Sequence record: PQ724393.1
Source of the DNA: a phage
DNA: 64,000 nt
Strand: one strand, 5' to 3'
Positions within the stretch are counted from its first letter, which is position 1. Each line of letters starts with the position of its first letter. A model generated the notes under the pieces. That model ran no database searches. It had not been told where the DNA came from and worked only from the letters and a program-made list of their open reading frames with translations. Positions 45,754 to 56,768 of this stretch are shown here, one piece after another. Both the position numbers and the translations under genes were made by a program.

Positions 45754-47712
45754 ATGGCTACTCCTACGAATTACCAATTAACAAGAACCGTTAACGCTAT
45801 CCCAAAAGTATTTGTGGGAGCTACGTTTGAAGAAATTAAAAAGAATATTATAGACTGGCTTTCTAGCCAGGACGAATTTAAGGATTATGATTTCGTTGGT
45901 TCTCGAATGAATATCCTTATTGATATGCTTGCTTATAATACCCTTTATATGCAGCAATTTGCTAACACCGCTTTATACGAATCTTTTATAGGAACTGCAA
46001 ACCTTCGTTCTTCGGTTGTCCAGGCTGCACAAGATAATGGATATCTTCCTAGTTCTAAATCCGCGGCAAAAACTTCCGTAATGCTTACGTGTACTCAGGC
46101 TCTTAATGAAAAGAATATTCGTATTCCACGTGGTACTAAATTCTTGGCTTATGCTCGTGATACTTCAGCCGATCCATATGCCTTTGTGACCACTGATAAC
46201 GTTATTGCAGTGCGTGACGTTAATAACCAGTACTGGCCCATTGTTTCTCTGGCTCAAGGACGTATTATTCGTACCGAACTTAAATACGACCCTAAAACTC
46301 CTATTCTTATTCGTGACCCGGATATTGATAGACAAGAAGTTAAACTTTATGTTGATGGGGCAGAATGGATTAACTGGACCGATAAATCAATGGTTCACGC
46401 TGGTAGCACCTCGACAATTTACTATATGCGCGAAACCGTAGATGGTAATACCGAATTCTTCTTTGGTGAAGGTGAAGCCGAGAAATCTGTTGCAGGCGGA
46501 GTATTAGAAGCTAATTATATCGGCGGTCTAAAACCTGTTAAAGATTCTACCATTGTTATAGAATACCTTCGTACAGACGGTGAAGTTGCAAACGGTGCAG
46601 TTGACTTCAGTTATGCTGACTCCTTGGCTTATATTACTGTAGAAAAAATTACTGAAAACTATAACGACGACCCTGATTATGTCGGTGCTGATGGTGGTGG
46701 TGACCCTGAAGATATCGAACGTATTCGTGAATTGGCCGTAGTTAAGCGTGAAGCGCAGATGCGTGCTGTAACAGGAACCGACTATGATACATTCGTATCT
46801 GAACGTTTTGGCTCTATTGTACAAGCAGTACAAACCTTTACAGACCCAAATAAACCAGGTTATGCTTTTGTCACCATTAAACCTAAATCAGGGCTATATT
46901 TGACAGCCGTCCAACGTGAAGACATCCAAGACTACCTAAAAGAATTTAACTTAGCCCCTATTACCGCTTCTGTTATTTCTCCTGATTATTTGTTCTTAAA
47001 GCATAAAATTAAGGTATCGTATGCCTTGAATAAATTACAGGAATCTGAACAGTGGCTGTCGGCTCAAATTCTTTCTCAGATAGACCGTTATTATATTAAC
47101 GAAGTAGAAATTTTTAACCATGGATTCGCTAAGTCAAAAATGCTGACTTATATTGATAATGCTGACCATAGTATTTTAGGCTCCTCTGCTACCGTAACAA
47201 TGGTTCGTGAGGTATTGAACTTTTTCAAAACCCCTGAATCAGGTATTAAATACTATAATCAATACACTAACCGTTCTGTGGTTTCTAGTGAATTTGAGTT
47301 TGTCCCTACTATCGTTTCTGAAGACAGTCCTGCGTATAATGTCAGAATTGCCGCTACAGATAAAGACGAACGTGGTGATGGTAAAATGGTTATTGGTCCT
47401 TTCCGTCCAGGAGATGTAATTGAAAACCAATATATTAAACCATATACAGGAAATGACTTTGATAAAATGCCTGCTCCTGCAGACCAATCCGTTTATTACG
47501 TTATAGGTGAAATTGATTATTATTCAGATTTCATTTTCTGGGACATTGCGGCTATCGGTTTAACGTCCGATCGTTTTGAAGTTCAATCTATAGAACTTTA
47601 TGCGGGACCTGACCAAGACAACATCTTTACAAAAGACGGTTCGTTAATCGTATTTGAAGATGACCTCCGCCCTCAATACACGACCATTGAATTAGAACCT
47701 ATTACAATATAA
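45754..47712 (+). CDS. 6: Baseplate wedge protein gp6
   Basis: 652 aa MATPTNYQLTRTVNAIPKVFVGATFEEIK...; T4 gp6-like. Confidence 0.85.
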   Translation: MATPTNYQLTRTVNAIPKVFVGATFEEIKKNIIDWLSSQDEFKDYDFVGSRMNILIDMLAYNTLYMQQFANTALYESFIGTANLRSSVVQAAQDNGYLPSSKSAAKTSVMLTCTQALNEKNIRIPRGTKFLAYARDTSADPYAFVTTDNVIAVRDVNNQYWPIVSLAQGRIIRTELKYDPKTPILIRDPDIDRQEVKLYVDGAEWINWTDKSMVHAGSTSTIYYMRETVDGNTEFFFGEGEAEKSVAGGVLEANYIGGLKPVKDSTIVIEYLRTDGEVANGAVDFSYADSLAYITVEKITENYNDDPDYVGADGGGDPEDIERIRELAVVKREAQMRAVTGTDYDTFVSERFGSIVQAVQTFTDPNKPGYAFVTIKPKSGLYLTAVQREDIQDYLKEFNLAPITASVISPDYLFLKHKIKVSYALNKLQESEQWLSAQILSQIDRYYINEVEIFNHGFAKSKMLTYIDNADHSILGSSATVTMVREVLNFFKTPESGIKYYNQYTNRSVVSSEFEFVPTIVSEDSPAYNVRIAATDKDERGDGKMVIGPFRPGDVIENQYIKPYTGNDFDKMPAPADQSVYYVIGEIDYYSDFIFWDIAAIGLTSDRFEVQSIELYAGPDQDNIFTKDGSLIVFEDDLRPQYTTIELEPITI

Positions 47713-47731
47713 GCCTCTTAGGAGGCTTTGA
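47711..47731 (+). promoter_or_regulatory. Intergenic hairpin upstream of gene 7
   Basis: AAGCCTC-TTAG-GAGGCTT inverted repeat followed by SD GAGGAG. Confidence 0.3.
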
Positions 47732-47740
47732 GGAGATTTA

Positions 47741-50700
47741 ATGTCTGTGCAAGCGCCTTCCGTTACTAGTTTGAGAATTGATAAACTCTCGGCTAACCAT
47801 GTAAGTATTCTTTGGGATGACGTAGGCGCCAATTTCTATTATTTCGTAGAACTGGCCCAAACCAAGGATGCGGGTGAATCTATACCCGATGATAAGTTAT
47901 TTTGGAGAAATTTAGGTTACACCCCGAACAATAACTGGTTCGAAGAAAGATTTATTTCTCCTAATTCGTTTTATAAAATGCGTGTCGCTGTAGCTGCTCA
48001 AGGATTTGAACAATCTGAATGGGTTTATACAGAAGAATTCGAGACATTTTCTACTAACGCATATACCTTCGAGCATATGCGTGAATTTACTTTATCCAAT
48101 AAATTCATTGAAGAAAAATTTACCAAAAATAACCAGAGTTACGTGGATTTTAATAGTGACGCTATTATGGCCTCTATGATGTCCGAAGATTTTACTTGGA
48201 CTCCGGCATATTCACACCTTTCTTCAATTTCTAATTATGTATTAAAGGCTGACCGCTTCCATGAGATTCAAGGAAGTATCCAAGCTGTTTGTAAAGACCC
48301 TAATCGTTCCATTTTAATGGAGCTTGGTGGTGTACTTTACCTTTTAGAAAGATTCCAGAACACAGCTAAGGTATCCAATGATAAGGCCCAGAACTGGCAT
48401 TATATCCGTTTGTTTAATGACCGAGTAGGTAATCCAGTTTCACGTACGGCTCATTATCAAACAGACACCACAACTTATGTTTTAGGTTATGACCGTATAT
48501 TTTACGGACGTAAATCGAGCGATATCAGATGGTCTGCTGATGATGTACGTTTTAGCTCACAAGACGTGACATTTGCTAAAATTGGTAGTGATATCGACCT
48601 TGATTTTGAAATTGAAATTTTTGGTTCTTATGCACGTTTGCCATTGGCTATTTCTACTATCGCAGAAGCTATGTGTGCTTCGGATGATTTTATTTACGTT
48701 GCAGCCCGTGACAGAGTTTATAAAGCAAAAACTACTGATGCTCCTATTGACACCGACCCAGGTTCTCCTACTTACGGTGAAAAAATATTTGAAAGCGGAT
48801 ATTCGACCATAACCGGTAACCCTAAAGCAGTTTGTTATAAGTTAGACTCAATCCAAGGAAATACCTTTGCCTTAATTACAGGTGAAGTTAAAGAAGAAAG
48901 AATGGACCCTACTAAAGAAGAAAACGTGGTTGATTCTGAATCTAAAGGTGTTTATTGGTTGGATGCCGAAACCGATACATGGACCAGAGTATTTGGTAAC
49001 ACTGAAGAAGAGAGACGTCGTATTGAGCACGGGTACACTAGCATGTCTACCGATGGCGAAGAAATATTCTTTAGCTCAAGTAACTTCAAATATGAAGTAG
49101 AAGTTGATAACGAATTACCTTTAGAATACCCTATTGTGGCCTCAGCGGTAAAATATGTTAAGGACGAACAGTGGATTCACGATAAACATTATCTGATGAT
49201 GAGCTTTAGAGCTAACAGTAAGTCAGATTTTAAAGAATTCAAACCTGGTCGAATGGGCTATTATGCTGAACCATTCTTTAGTTGGTCTAGACGCGACGGG
49301 ACCCGTTCTTGGATTACCACAAGTAATCATGCAATGGTTGTTTATAACGATGCCTTATACCAGAAAATTATTGATTTAAACAGTGGTTCTTCTCCTGAAC
49401 GTATTATTCGTGAAATTTGGGATAAAGGCTTTTGTACCGTAACATGTCCTAATATCGAATTCAATGGATTTAAAAAATACTCTTCAGGTATAATGATTCA
49501 CAAATCATCAGGTGAATTGGTTGGATATTTCGAGTTCGACTACCGAGTTCGAGATGAAGTTAAAATAATTTGGAAGCCTAAAGAAATAATGTTTACGGCT
49601 GAACTCCAAAACCAAGAGCATGAAATTCCATGGACCCCTAAAGAGGAAACTGGTGAACAAGACCCTGATTTGCGTCCTTTATTGGTTAAAATGGTTCCCG
49701 ATAGTTATTTGCTTCAAGATTCTAACTTTGAAAAATTCTGCGAATATTATCTCCAGTTTATTAGTGATGGCTCCGGTACCCATTATAATAATCTATTAAA
49801 TCTTATTCGTAACCAATATCCTAGAGAAGAAGATGCATGGGAATACTTATGGTCTGAAATCTATAAACGCAATATCTATTTGTCTAAAGAAAAACGCGAC
49901 GAAGTAGTTCGTTTCTTCCAAGCAAGACAATCGGATTTCTGGTCTACAAAAGGTACCGAAGCTTCATATAAATTCCTGTTTAAATTACTTTATAACGAAG
50001 ATGTTGAAATTGACATCGAGTCCAAGAACTCGATTGAATATGATATCATCGTAGAATCTGACAATATCAGTGAAGATATCGTGGGCCAAACGATTTATAC
50101 TCCTACAGGAAGAAGTAATGTTACTTATATAGAACGAAATTACAAAGAGGGTAAATTGCAATGGCGTTTAACCATTCACAATCTTTTAGGCCGTTTTATA
50201 GTAGGACAAGAGATTAAATCTGAACGCACCTCATTTAAAGGTATGATAGTGCAGGGTGTACGCGGTAAAGAATTGTTAAGTAACAATATCGATTATATTA
50301 ACCGTAACCGTTCTTATTATGTTATGACTATTAAATCCAACCTCCCTACTTCTCGATACCGTAATGACGTGTTGAGATTTGTCCACCCTGTAGGATTTGG
50401 CTTTATAGGGATTACGTTGCTTTCTATGTTTGTTAACGTTGGTTTGACATTAAAGCACACGGAAACCATTATTAATATACTTAAGAACTATAAGTGGGAC
50501 TCAGGTCTTCCATCCGAGTGGTACGATAGAGTTGCTGTAATCGGATTTGATGGTAATATAGAAAGAGACCCTAGAACAGGACTTCCGGTTTATAACGTTG
50601 GGCCTAAAGCAGGCGAACCGTTCCCTATTCCTAATGATTATGATGCAGAAAATGATTTCTCTGTATTCCAAGGTCAATTACCTCATGAACGTATTAAAAA

Positions 50701-50833
50701 GCATAGTCCTTTATTTGACCAAAGTGCAGTAACATTTTCAAAATGGCGCGCTTTAGTTGACGATAGGCTTAAAGCTGATATTGGAAACCCTAGAGACCCG
50801 CAAGACCCAACTCAGGTAAAAATTGATGATTAA
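47741..50833 (+). CDS. 7: Baseplate wedge protein gp7
   Basis: 1030 aa, size and position as T4 gp7 (1032 aa). Confidence 0.85.
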   Translation: MSVQAPSVTSLRIDKLSANHVSILWDDVGANFYYFVELAQTKDAGESIPDDKLFWRNLGYTPNNNWFEERFISPNSFYKMRVAVAAQGFEQSEWVYTEEFETFSTNAYTFEHMREFTLSNKFIEEKFTKNNQSYVDFNSDAIMASMMSEDFTWTPAYSHLSSISNYVLKADRFHEIQGSIQAVCKDPNRSILMELGGVLYLLERFQNTAKVSNDKAQNWHYIRLFNDRVGNPVSRTAHYQTDTTTYVLGYDRIFYGRKSSDIRWSADDVRFSSQDVTFAKIGSDIDLDFEIEIFGSYARLPLAISTIAEAMCASDDFIYVAARDRVYKAKTTDAPIDTDPGSPTYGEKIFESGYSTITGNPKAVCYKLDSIQGNTFALITGEVKEERMDPTKEENVVDSESKGVYWLDAETDTWTRVFGNTEEERRRIEHGYTSMSTDGEEIFFSSSNFKYEVEVDNELPLEYPIVASAVKYVKDEQWIHDKHYLMMSFRANSKSDFKEFKPGRMGYYAEPFFSWSRRDGTRSWITTSNHAMVVYNDALYQKIIDLNSGSSPERIIREIWDKGFCTVTCPNIEFNGFKKYSSGIMIHKSSGELVGYFEFDYRVRDEVKIIWKPKEIMFTAELQNQEHEIPWTPKEETGEQDPDLRPLLVKMVPDSYLLQDSNFEKFCEYYLQFISDGSGTHYNNLLNLIRNQYPREEDAWEYLWSEIYKRNIYLSKEKRDEVVRFFQARQSDFWSTKGTEASYKFLFKLLYNEDVEIDIESKNSIEYDIIVESDNISEDIVGQTIYTPTGRSNVTYIERNYKEGKLQWRLTIHNLLGRFIVGQEIKSERTSFKGMIVQGVRGKELLSNNIDYINRNRSYYVMTIKSNLPTSRYRNDVLRFVHPVGFGFIGITLLSMFVNVGLTLKHTETIINILKNYKWDSGLPSEWYDRVAVIGFDGNIERDPRTGLPVYNVGPKAGEPFPIPNDYDAENDFSVFQGQLPHERIKKHSPLFDQSAVTFSKWRALVDDRLKADIGNPRDPQDPTQVKIDD

Positions 50834-51830
50834 TTCAACAGTAATATATCGTTCTATTGTTACTTCTAAATTTAGAACGGAAAAGATGTACAACTTTTAC
50901 AGAACAATCGGTGATGGTGAAGACCAGAACACGATGTATGTATCTTTCGGGAGAGCCCAACCATGGGCTCCTAACGAAAACGACCCAGGCTTTGCTCCAC
51001 CTTATCCTGTAGATGATTCTGAGGGCGTAGAAGACGTCTGGACAAACATGATGGGTTGTGTTAAGGTTTATAAGAGTATGCTGGATTGTGTTGTTCCTCG
51101 CAAAGACTGGGGCGATACCTCTTATCCTAACCCTTTCACTTTCCAAATCGGTGAAATTGTAGTGGCTAACAGCCAACCTCAAAACCGTACTGATGTTGGT
51201 GCGGGTTGGATGGTTTATCGTTGTGTAGACGTGCCTGAATCAGGTGCATGTTCTATTTTGTCCCTTGATAATAAAACCGAGTGTATTAAACTTGGCGGTA
51301 AATGGACTGCTAATGTTCCTTCAGTTAAAGCTCCAGCAGGACAAGGCGATACGGAAGGTATGGTAGACACCGGTGATGGTTACCTTTGGGAATACCTTTA
51401 TGAGATTCCACCTGATGTAAGTATCAACCGTTGTACTAATGAATATATTGTAGTTCCATGGCCAGAAGAAATTGCTGAAGACCCTGAACGTTGGGGATAC
51501 GAAAACAACTTAACTTGGCAGCAAGACGATTATGGTTTAATTTATCGTATTAAAGGCAATACTATTCGTTTTAAAGCATTCTTAGATTCGGTTTACTTCC
51601 CTGAATTTAGTCTGCCTGGTAACAAAGGGTTTAGACAGCTTTCGATAATTTCTAACCCGTTAGAAGCTAAAGCTCACCCATCCGATCCGATCATTAAAGC
51701 CGAAAAAGAGTACTACGATGTTATAGACCTCTCCCACCATTCAGGTGAAATGATTTATATGGAAAACCGTCCTCCGGTTATTCGTTCCATGGACCAAACA
51801 GAAGAAATTAACATTATCTTCGAATTCTAA
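50826..51830 (+). CDS. 8: Baseplate wedge protein gp8
   Basis: 334 aa; ...VIYRSIVTSKFRTEKMYNFY... closely resembles T4 gp8; ATG 50826 (ORF-track start 50823 is TTG). Confidence 0.85.
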   Translation: MINSTVIYRSIVTSKFRTEKMYNFYRTIGDGEDQNTMYVSFGRAQPWAPNENDPGFAPPYPVDDSEGVEDVWTNMMGCVKVYKSMLDCVVPRKDWGDTSYPNPFTFQIGEIVVANSQPQNRTDVGAGWMVYRCVDVPESGACSILSLDNKTECIKLGGKWTANVPSVKAPAGQGDTEGMVDTGDGYLWEYLYEIPPDVSINRCTNEYIVVPWPEEIAEDPERWGYENNLTWQQDDYGLIYRIKGNTIRFKAFLDSVYFPEFSLPGNKGFRQLSIISNPLEAKAHPSDPIIKAEKEYYDVIDLSHHSGEMIYMENRPPVIRSMDQTEEINIIFEF

Positions 51831-51833
51831 TAA

Positions 51834-51852
51834 GGGCCGCAAGGCCCTTTCG
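51834..51852 (+). terminator. Hairpin terminator candidate after gene 8
   Basis: GGGCC-GCAA-GGCCC followed by TTTCGGGGG. Confidence 0.45.
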
Positions 51853-51856
51853 GGGG

Positions 51857-51864
51857 TATAAATA
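51857..51864 (+). promoter_or_regulatory. Late promoter (TATAAATA) for gene 9
   Basis: Exact motif 27 nt upstream of gene 9 ATG. Confidence 0.65.
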
Positions 51865-51890
51865 CAGTATATCAATAATGAGGCATACCT

Positions 51891-52751
51891 ATGATTAAGC
51901 AAACTGGTAAGTTACTAATTGACGTCGGTGAGATTGGTAATGCTAGCACCGGCGACATTCTTTATGACGGTGGCGTTAAACTGAACACCGACTTAAACAA
52001 CATCTATAATACTTTTGGTGACCAACGTAAAACAGCCCTTACGGGTGAAACCACCGGTCAAAAATTACATGCCACTGGATACTATCAAAAATTCGGCGAT
52101 ACCGACCAAGCGGGTTCTGTTGATTTAGGCTCTTTGGTGGATGTCGATGCTTCTACCGGTTCTATAGTTTTAACAACCGTAAAAGGAGCTGTAGGTGAAG
52201 GTATTGAAATAATTAACTCTAATGGAAGTATTTCAGCTACTAACTATCTTGAAATCCGTATATTGGATTCGTTTTTGAACCATCCTACATCGGCCTTAAG
52301 AATAGTAACTCCTTATACTCGAGTTCTTTTATGGTGTGTAAGCGATATAAACGGTATAGCTGTATGGGATTATTCTATTGAGAGCATGTTTGGTGACAAA
52401 CGAGTACCATTAAATAGAACATATAACATTTCCAACGTACCTAGAGATATACCGGTGGTTTATTCAGGTCAATATTCTTTAGTTAAGCTTTTGGTTACGG
52501 CAGTAAATGCCAATGAAACCGTTTATAAAGCTTCTGAATATCTTTTGTTTATGGATAACCAAGCTAAAAAAATATATTCCACGGAATATGCTGTTATCCG
52601 TCGTGGACAAGCCACTGATGAAGACGAAATTTACAATCTCGATTTTAAATTTGATGCATCCAACTATATAGTGGCTACGGCATCATCTGAAACCCCTATG
52701 AGATTAGCAATTAAAGTCGTAGATACCCAAACTATTGGAGTCCCAGTATAA
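51891..52751 (+). CDS. 9: Baseplate protein gp9 (long tail fiber socket)
   Basis: 286 aa; ...LIDVGEIGNASTGDILYDGGVKLN... matches T4 gp9. Confidence 0.85.
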   Translation: MIKQTGKLLIDVGEIGNASTGDILYDGGVKLNTDLNNIYNTFGDQRKTALTGETTGQKLHATGYYQKFGDTDQAGSVDLGSLVDVDASTGSIVLTTVKGAVGEGIEIINSNGSISATNYLEIRILDSFLNHPTSALRIVTPYTRVLLWCVSDINGIAVWDYSIESMFGDKRVPLNRTYNISNVPRDIPVVYSGQYSLVKLLVTAVNANETVYKASEYLLFMDNQAKKIYSTEYAVIRRGQATDEDEIYNLDFKFDASNYIVATASSETPMRLAIKVVDTQTIGVPV

Positions 52752-54562
52752 TGAAACAAGAATTAAAAATCGGCCAGGCCGTTGATGATGGCTCCGGAGA
52801 TTACCTGCGCGCAGGTGGTCTAAAAATCAATAATAACTTTAATGAGTTATACTATCAATTAGGTGACGGAGATAATCCTCACGCTGCTGGTGCCTGGAAA
52901 CAATATTCTACTGCAGACGGTCCTTTACTTAATGCTGTTATGGGTCATAGCTATACATTGAATACCCAAGGTGGAAGGATTAACGTTCAACTTCCTAAAG
53001 GCACTCCATCAGAATATAACTTTGTAATTCGTTTACGTGACGTTTATTCTTCTTGGCAAGCTAACCCTGTGACTATTATACCAGCCCCAGGTGATACAAT
53101 TAAAGGTTCCGCTGTACAGGTTGAAATAGCTCGTAATTTTGCCGACCTTGAACTTGTTTACTGTGCCCCGGGACGTTGGGAATATGTTGAGAACAAGCAA
53201 GTTAACCGTATTCCAAATAACGACCTCGCTACTGTAGCAACTAAACAGTTTATTGCTACTGAAGGTCAAACTGATTTCTTGGATATTTTCCCAGGCCTAA
53301 CCTATAATATTTCAAGTCTTAGCGTTATCCAACGTGGTAACACCTTGTTCTACGGGGTGAATGATATATTTGATGAAGCTACTTCTGAGTTTGGTAGCCC
53401 AGGTACAAACCCAGGCGAATTGGTTGAATTGAACGGTAAAGATATCCGTTTGAAATATCCTTGTGAAGCCGGCGATACGGTAATTATTAAATCGTATAAC
53501 GATGGATTGGCCCAATGGCGCAGTTCTTATAATCGTCGTGATATTACTATTTTAGATACGACCCTTACCCATGAAACCACAGTTAACGGTTCTAAAGTAG
53601 TATTAGACCTTTCTACCGTACAGACTATTACATCAGCAGAATTAAATGTTTCTCCTACAAGCCCTATTAACCCTAATGCTTGTCAGGTAATGCTTAATAG
53701 TACTTTATTGCACCAAGCTGGTACTGCCGGATTCCCTGCTTTCTATTGTGAAGGTGTTGATACGGATGATGCAGGCCTTTGTGCAGATTCAGGTGGTGTA
53801 TGGACCCAATCTAAATCCGATTATATTTTGAATATTGCAGATGACGATAAAATCGAGTCATTTGAATTTGGACGTAAACTGGAACATGGTGATATCCTTA
53901 CTGTAATTTGGTATAACAATGATATTGGTACCACTATGACTATTGATGAGATTTTAGATACCACAAATGATATCTATATTTCTCAAGGTCCTTCAGTATC
54001 TTTAACCGGTCGGGTTCGTATTACTGATGTGGATAATCCATTTTCTCCTAACTTTGAACCTGTAGCAGAATCTGAAGTTTCTATTAATACGGCAGCAGTG
54101 ATGTTTGATTTGTTCCACCCTATTGGAACGATTTATGAGAACACCGTGAACCCTAATAACCCTGCAACTTATATGGGTATGGGTAGTTGGAAAAGACTGT
54201 CTGATAGTTTCCTTGTAGGTTGGTCTCCGGACGCCGATTCATTGTTCAATGCGAACAATAACGATTTAGATTCTGGCGGTGCTCCTAAATCTACTGCAGG
54301 TGGTACGGGTGGTTCTCATAATATTTCCATTAAATATGAAAACGTTCCTGAACTTAATACAGATGACAAGGTATTAGTTGCCGATGATAACGGCCCTATT
54401 GTTATTGGCGGATGTTTGGTAGACCCGGATGCCCAAGGCCCGGCTTATACAAAATATCGTGAAGATAAAGCTACGATAAACAAACAGCAATCTACAACGC
54501 CTATTCCTATTGGCACTTTGCCTCCATATACAACCGTTTATCGCTGGGTGAGGATTGCGTAA
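52751..54562 (+). CDS. 10: Baseplate wedge protein gp10
   Basis: 603 aa; size and synteny. Confidence 0.85.
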   Translation: MKQELKIGQAVDDGSGDYLRAGGLKINNNFNELYYQLGDGDNPHAAGAWKQYSTADGPLLNAVMGHSYTLNTQGGRINVQLPKGTPSEYNFVIRLRDVYSSWQANPVTIIPAPGDTIKGSAVQVEIARNFADLELVYCAPGRWEYVENKQVNRIPNNDLATVATKQFIATEGQTDFLDIFPGLTYNISSLSVIQRGNTLFYGVNDIFDEATSEFGSPGTNPGELVELNGKDIRLKYPCEAGDTVIIKSYNDGLAQWRSSYNRRDITILDTTLTHETTVNGSKVVLDLSTVQTITSAELNVSPTSPINPNACQVMLNSTLLHQAGTAGFPAFYCEGVDTDDAGLCADSGGVWTQSKSDYILNIADDDKIESFEFGRKLEHGDILTVIWYNNDIGTTMTIDEILDTTNDIYISQGPSVSLTGRVRITDVDNPFSPNFEPVAESEVSINTAAVMFDLFHPIGTIYENTVNPNNPATYMGMGSWKRLSDSFLVGWSPDADSLFNANNNDLDSGGAPKSTAGGTGGSHNISIKYENVPELNTDDKVLVADDNGPIVIGGCLVDPDAQGPAYTKYREDKATINKQQSTTPIPIGTLPPYTTVYRWVRIA

Positions 54563-55227
54563 TGACTTTAACAGAAATGAAAAGCGGGTTAAAATCCCGC
54601 CTTGCCGACTTTTTAGAATTTTCTTTTACAACTAATCAACCTGCCGCAGTGGCAGGTCAACGCCCTATTGGTGGTCCATCGGCAAACCAAACCCAAAAAG
54701 GTGTTTATTACCCTACGGTCCAAAGTGCTATTGATGATATTGCTTTCCGTGCAGAACTTCCTGTCAATGCAGTGGTAACTACTACTGAAAACAGGGCACC
54801 TGGCTTTATTCAACAATCAGATAAATTAACTTTCTCCGGCTCCATTTCTTCTGGTGGCGAATTAGGCGATACGGTTATTATTAAGGTATTCGGTTTGCCT
54901 GTTGAAGTTATTGTGGGTGATTCTTCGGTCCTGGTTGCTTCTAAAGTTAACGATGCTTTTATAAGCGCTATTGCCGATAGTTATATTTTGGCAGAAACGT
55001 CTATCGACCCTCTAGACCAGTCTACTTTAAACATTAAATATAACGACTACCAAAACCATATTTTTGAGCCATTTAAACAAGCAGGATGCACCATTTCTCA
55101 GACTATAGTTCAACAGCCTCGCGCAGGTTATGGATACTGGGAATATTTAGGTTCTACTACAGAATCTATGACAGGTGGAACCGTAAATGGAACAACAACC
55201 TTATATCACTATAAGCGAGTAAGTTAA
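54562..55227 (+). CDS. 11: Baseplate wedge protein gp11 (short tail fiber attachment)
   Basis: 221 aa; synteny. Confidence 0.85.
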   Translation: MTLTEMKSGLKSRLADFLEFSFTTNQPAAVAGQRPIGGPSANQTQKGVYYPTVQSAIDDIAFRAELPVNAVVTTTENRAPGFIQQSDKLTFSGSISSGGELGDTVIIKVFGLPVEVIVGDSSVLVASKVNDAFISAIADSYILAETSIDPLDQSTLNIKYNDYQNHIFEPFKQAGCTISQTIVQQPRAGYGYWEYLGSTTESMTGGTVNGTTTLYHYKRVS

Positions 55228-56759
55228 TGTCTACAAATACACTAAAACACATAAGTGATAAATCAGAATTTAAAACATTCGACCCTACCGGGTCGAATTT
55301 TGACCCCTCTATTACTAATGTCCAGGATGCATTGGCGTCTATTTCCGCTATAGGTGTTACAGGTAATATACCTTCGGCTTCTGAAACAGAACAGGGTATT
55401 ATTAGATTAGCGACCCAACAAGAAGTTATTGATGGCACCGATACTTTCTCTGCAGTAACTCCGGCCACTTTAAAAGGCCGTTTAGATATTCCTACTCAAG
55501 CAACAGAAACTTATGTAGGTATCACCCGTTATGCCACTAATGGTGAAGCCATTGCTGGAACAGAAACCCAGGCTGCAATCGTAGCATCGTCTTTGAAAGC
55601 TACTATAGATTATACATTCACCAATCGTTTAGCCACAGAGAACACTACAGGCGTACTCAAGATTTCAACCCTGCCGGCCGCTCTAGCAGGTACAGATGAT
55701 ACGACGGCAATGACACCGCTGAAAACCGCCCAGGCAATTGGCGCTGCTACATCGGCATTACCGACTTATGCCAGTGCTACTCAAACTACTGAAGGTATTG
55801 TTAGAATCGCAACAAATGCTGAAGTGGCAAATGGCACATTGACTAATGGTGTGGCAATTTCTCCTTCTGGGTTAAAATCTTTAACTTCTACCCAAGGACG
55901 GGCAGGTATTATTAGATTAGCCACTCCACAAGAAGCTTCTGCTGGCAGTGATTCTAATATAGCTTTATCTCCTTCAACTCTTCTTTCTCGTACTGGTACT
56001 ACCGGAAGAGTGGGCGTTGTTAAATTAACAACTACGGTCGGTTCTGGTGATGGAAGCACTGCATTGGCATATAATGCTAACGTTATTTCTACCACAGGCG
56101 GCACCATTAATGGTACTTTAAACGTTAACGGTACTTTACGTCGCAATGGGCGCGATGTTGTTACTATCGACCAATTAAAAGATTCTGTCCCTATCGGTAC
56201 TATTGTTATGTGGGGTGGCCAGATTAATAATATCCCTGCAGGTTGGGCCGTTTGTGATGGCGGTAACTCTGGTGAACAAGGATTCCGAAATGTAGTTGGT
56301 AGTAAATGGGGTTCAACTGGAGCACGTCCTGACTTCCGTGGATTATATCCTAGAGGTGCAAACCAGACTAACGACGGTGGATTAAGAGAATGGGATGCCA
56401 ACGTTAGAATTAGAGATGCCAAAGGTAATGATGCCAAAGGTAAACCTAAATTAGGCGTGGGTTGCGGTTCATATGGCCATGGTACTGTACAAGCCCAGCA
56501 GCTTCGTTTCCATAAACACGCTGGTGGTTTTGGCGAACACGACAACGCAGGTGCATTTGGTAATACCGTTCGTTCCAACTTTGCCGGTACTCGTAAAGGG
56601 CTGGACTGGGATAACCGTTCCTACTTTACAAACGAAGGATATGAAATTGACGGTTCTGGTTCACGAGATTCAAGAACTACTCTAAACAGTGAAGGGTTGG
56701 TTGGTAACGAAAACCGTCCTTGGACTATGTCCATCCTATTCATTATTAAAGTTGCTTAA
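55227..56759 (+). CDS. 12: Short tail fiber protein gp12
   Basis: 510 aa; Ala/Thr/Gly-rich repeated segments; C-terminal receptor-binding-like part. Confidence 0.85.
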   Translation: MSTNTLKHISDKSEFKTFDPTGSNFDPSITNVQDALASISAIGVTGNIPSASETEQGIIRLATQQEVIDGTDTFSAVTPATLKGRLDIPTQATETYVGITRYATNGEAIAGTETQAAIVASSLKATIDYTFTNRLATENTTGVLKISTLPAALAGTDDTTAMTPLKTAQAIGAATSALPTYASATQTTEGIVRIATNAEVANGTLTNGVAISPSGLKSLTSTQGRAGIIRLATPQEASAGSDSNIALSPSTLLSRTGTTGRVGVVKLTTTVGSGDGSTALAYNANVISTTGGTINGTLNVNGTLRRNGRDVVTIDQLKDSVPIGTIVMWGGQINNIPAGWAVCDGGNSGEQGFRNVVGSKWGSTGARPDFRGLYPRGANQTNDGGLREWDANVRIRDAKGNDAKGKPKLGVGCGSYGHGTVQAQQLRFHKHAGGFGEHDNAGAFGNTVRSNFAGTRKGLDWDNRSYFTNEGYEIDGSGSRDSRTTLNSEGLVGNENRPWTMSILFIIKVA

Positions 56760-56768
56760 GGAAATAAA

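Noticed and set aside
55781-56578. Minus-strand 265-aa ORF inside gene 12
   Set aside because: Shadow ORF in the Ala/Thr/Gly-rich repetitive part of the short tail fiber gene; the whole block is plus-strand late genes.
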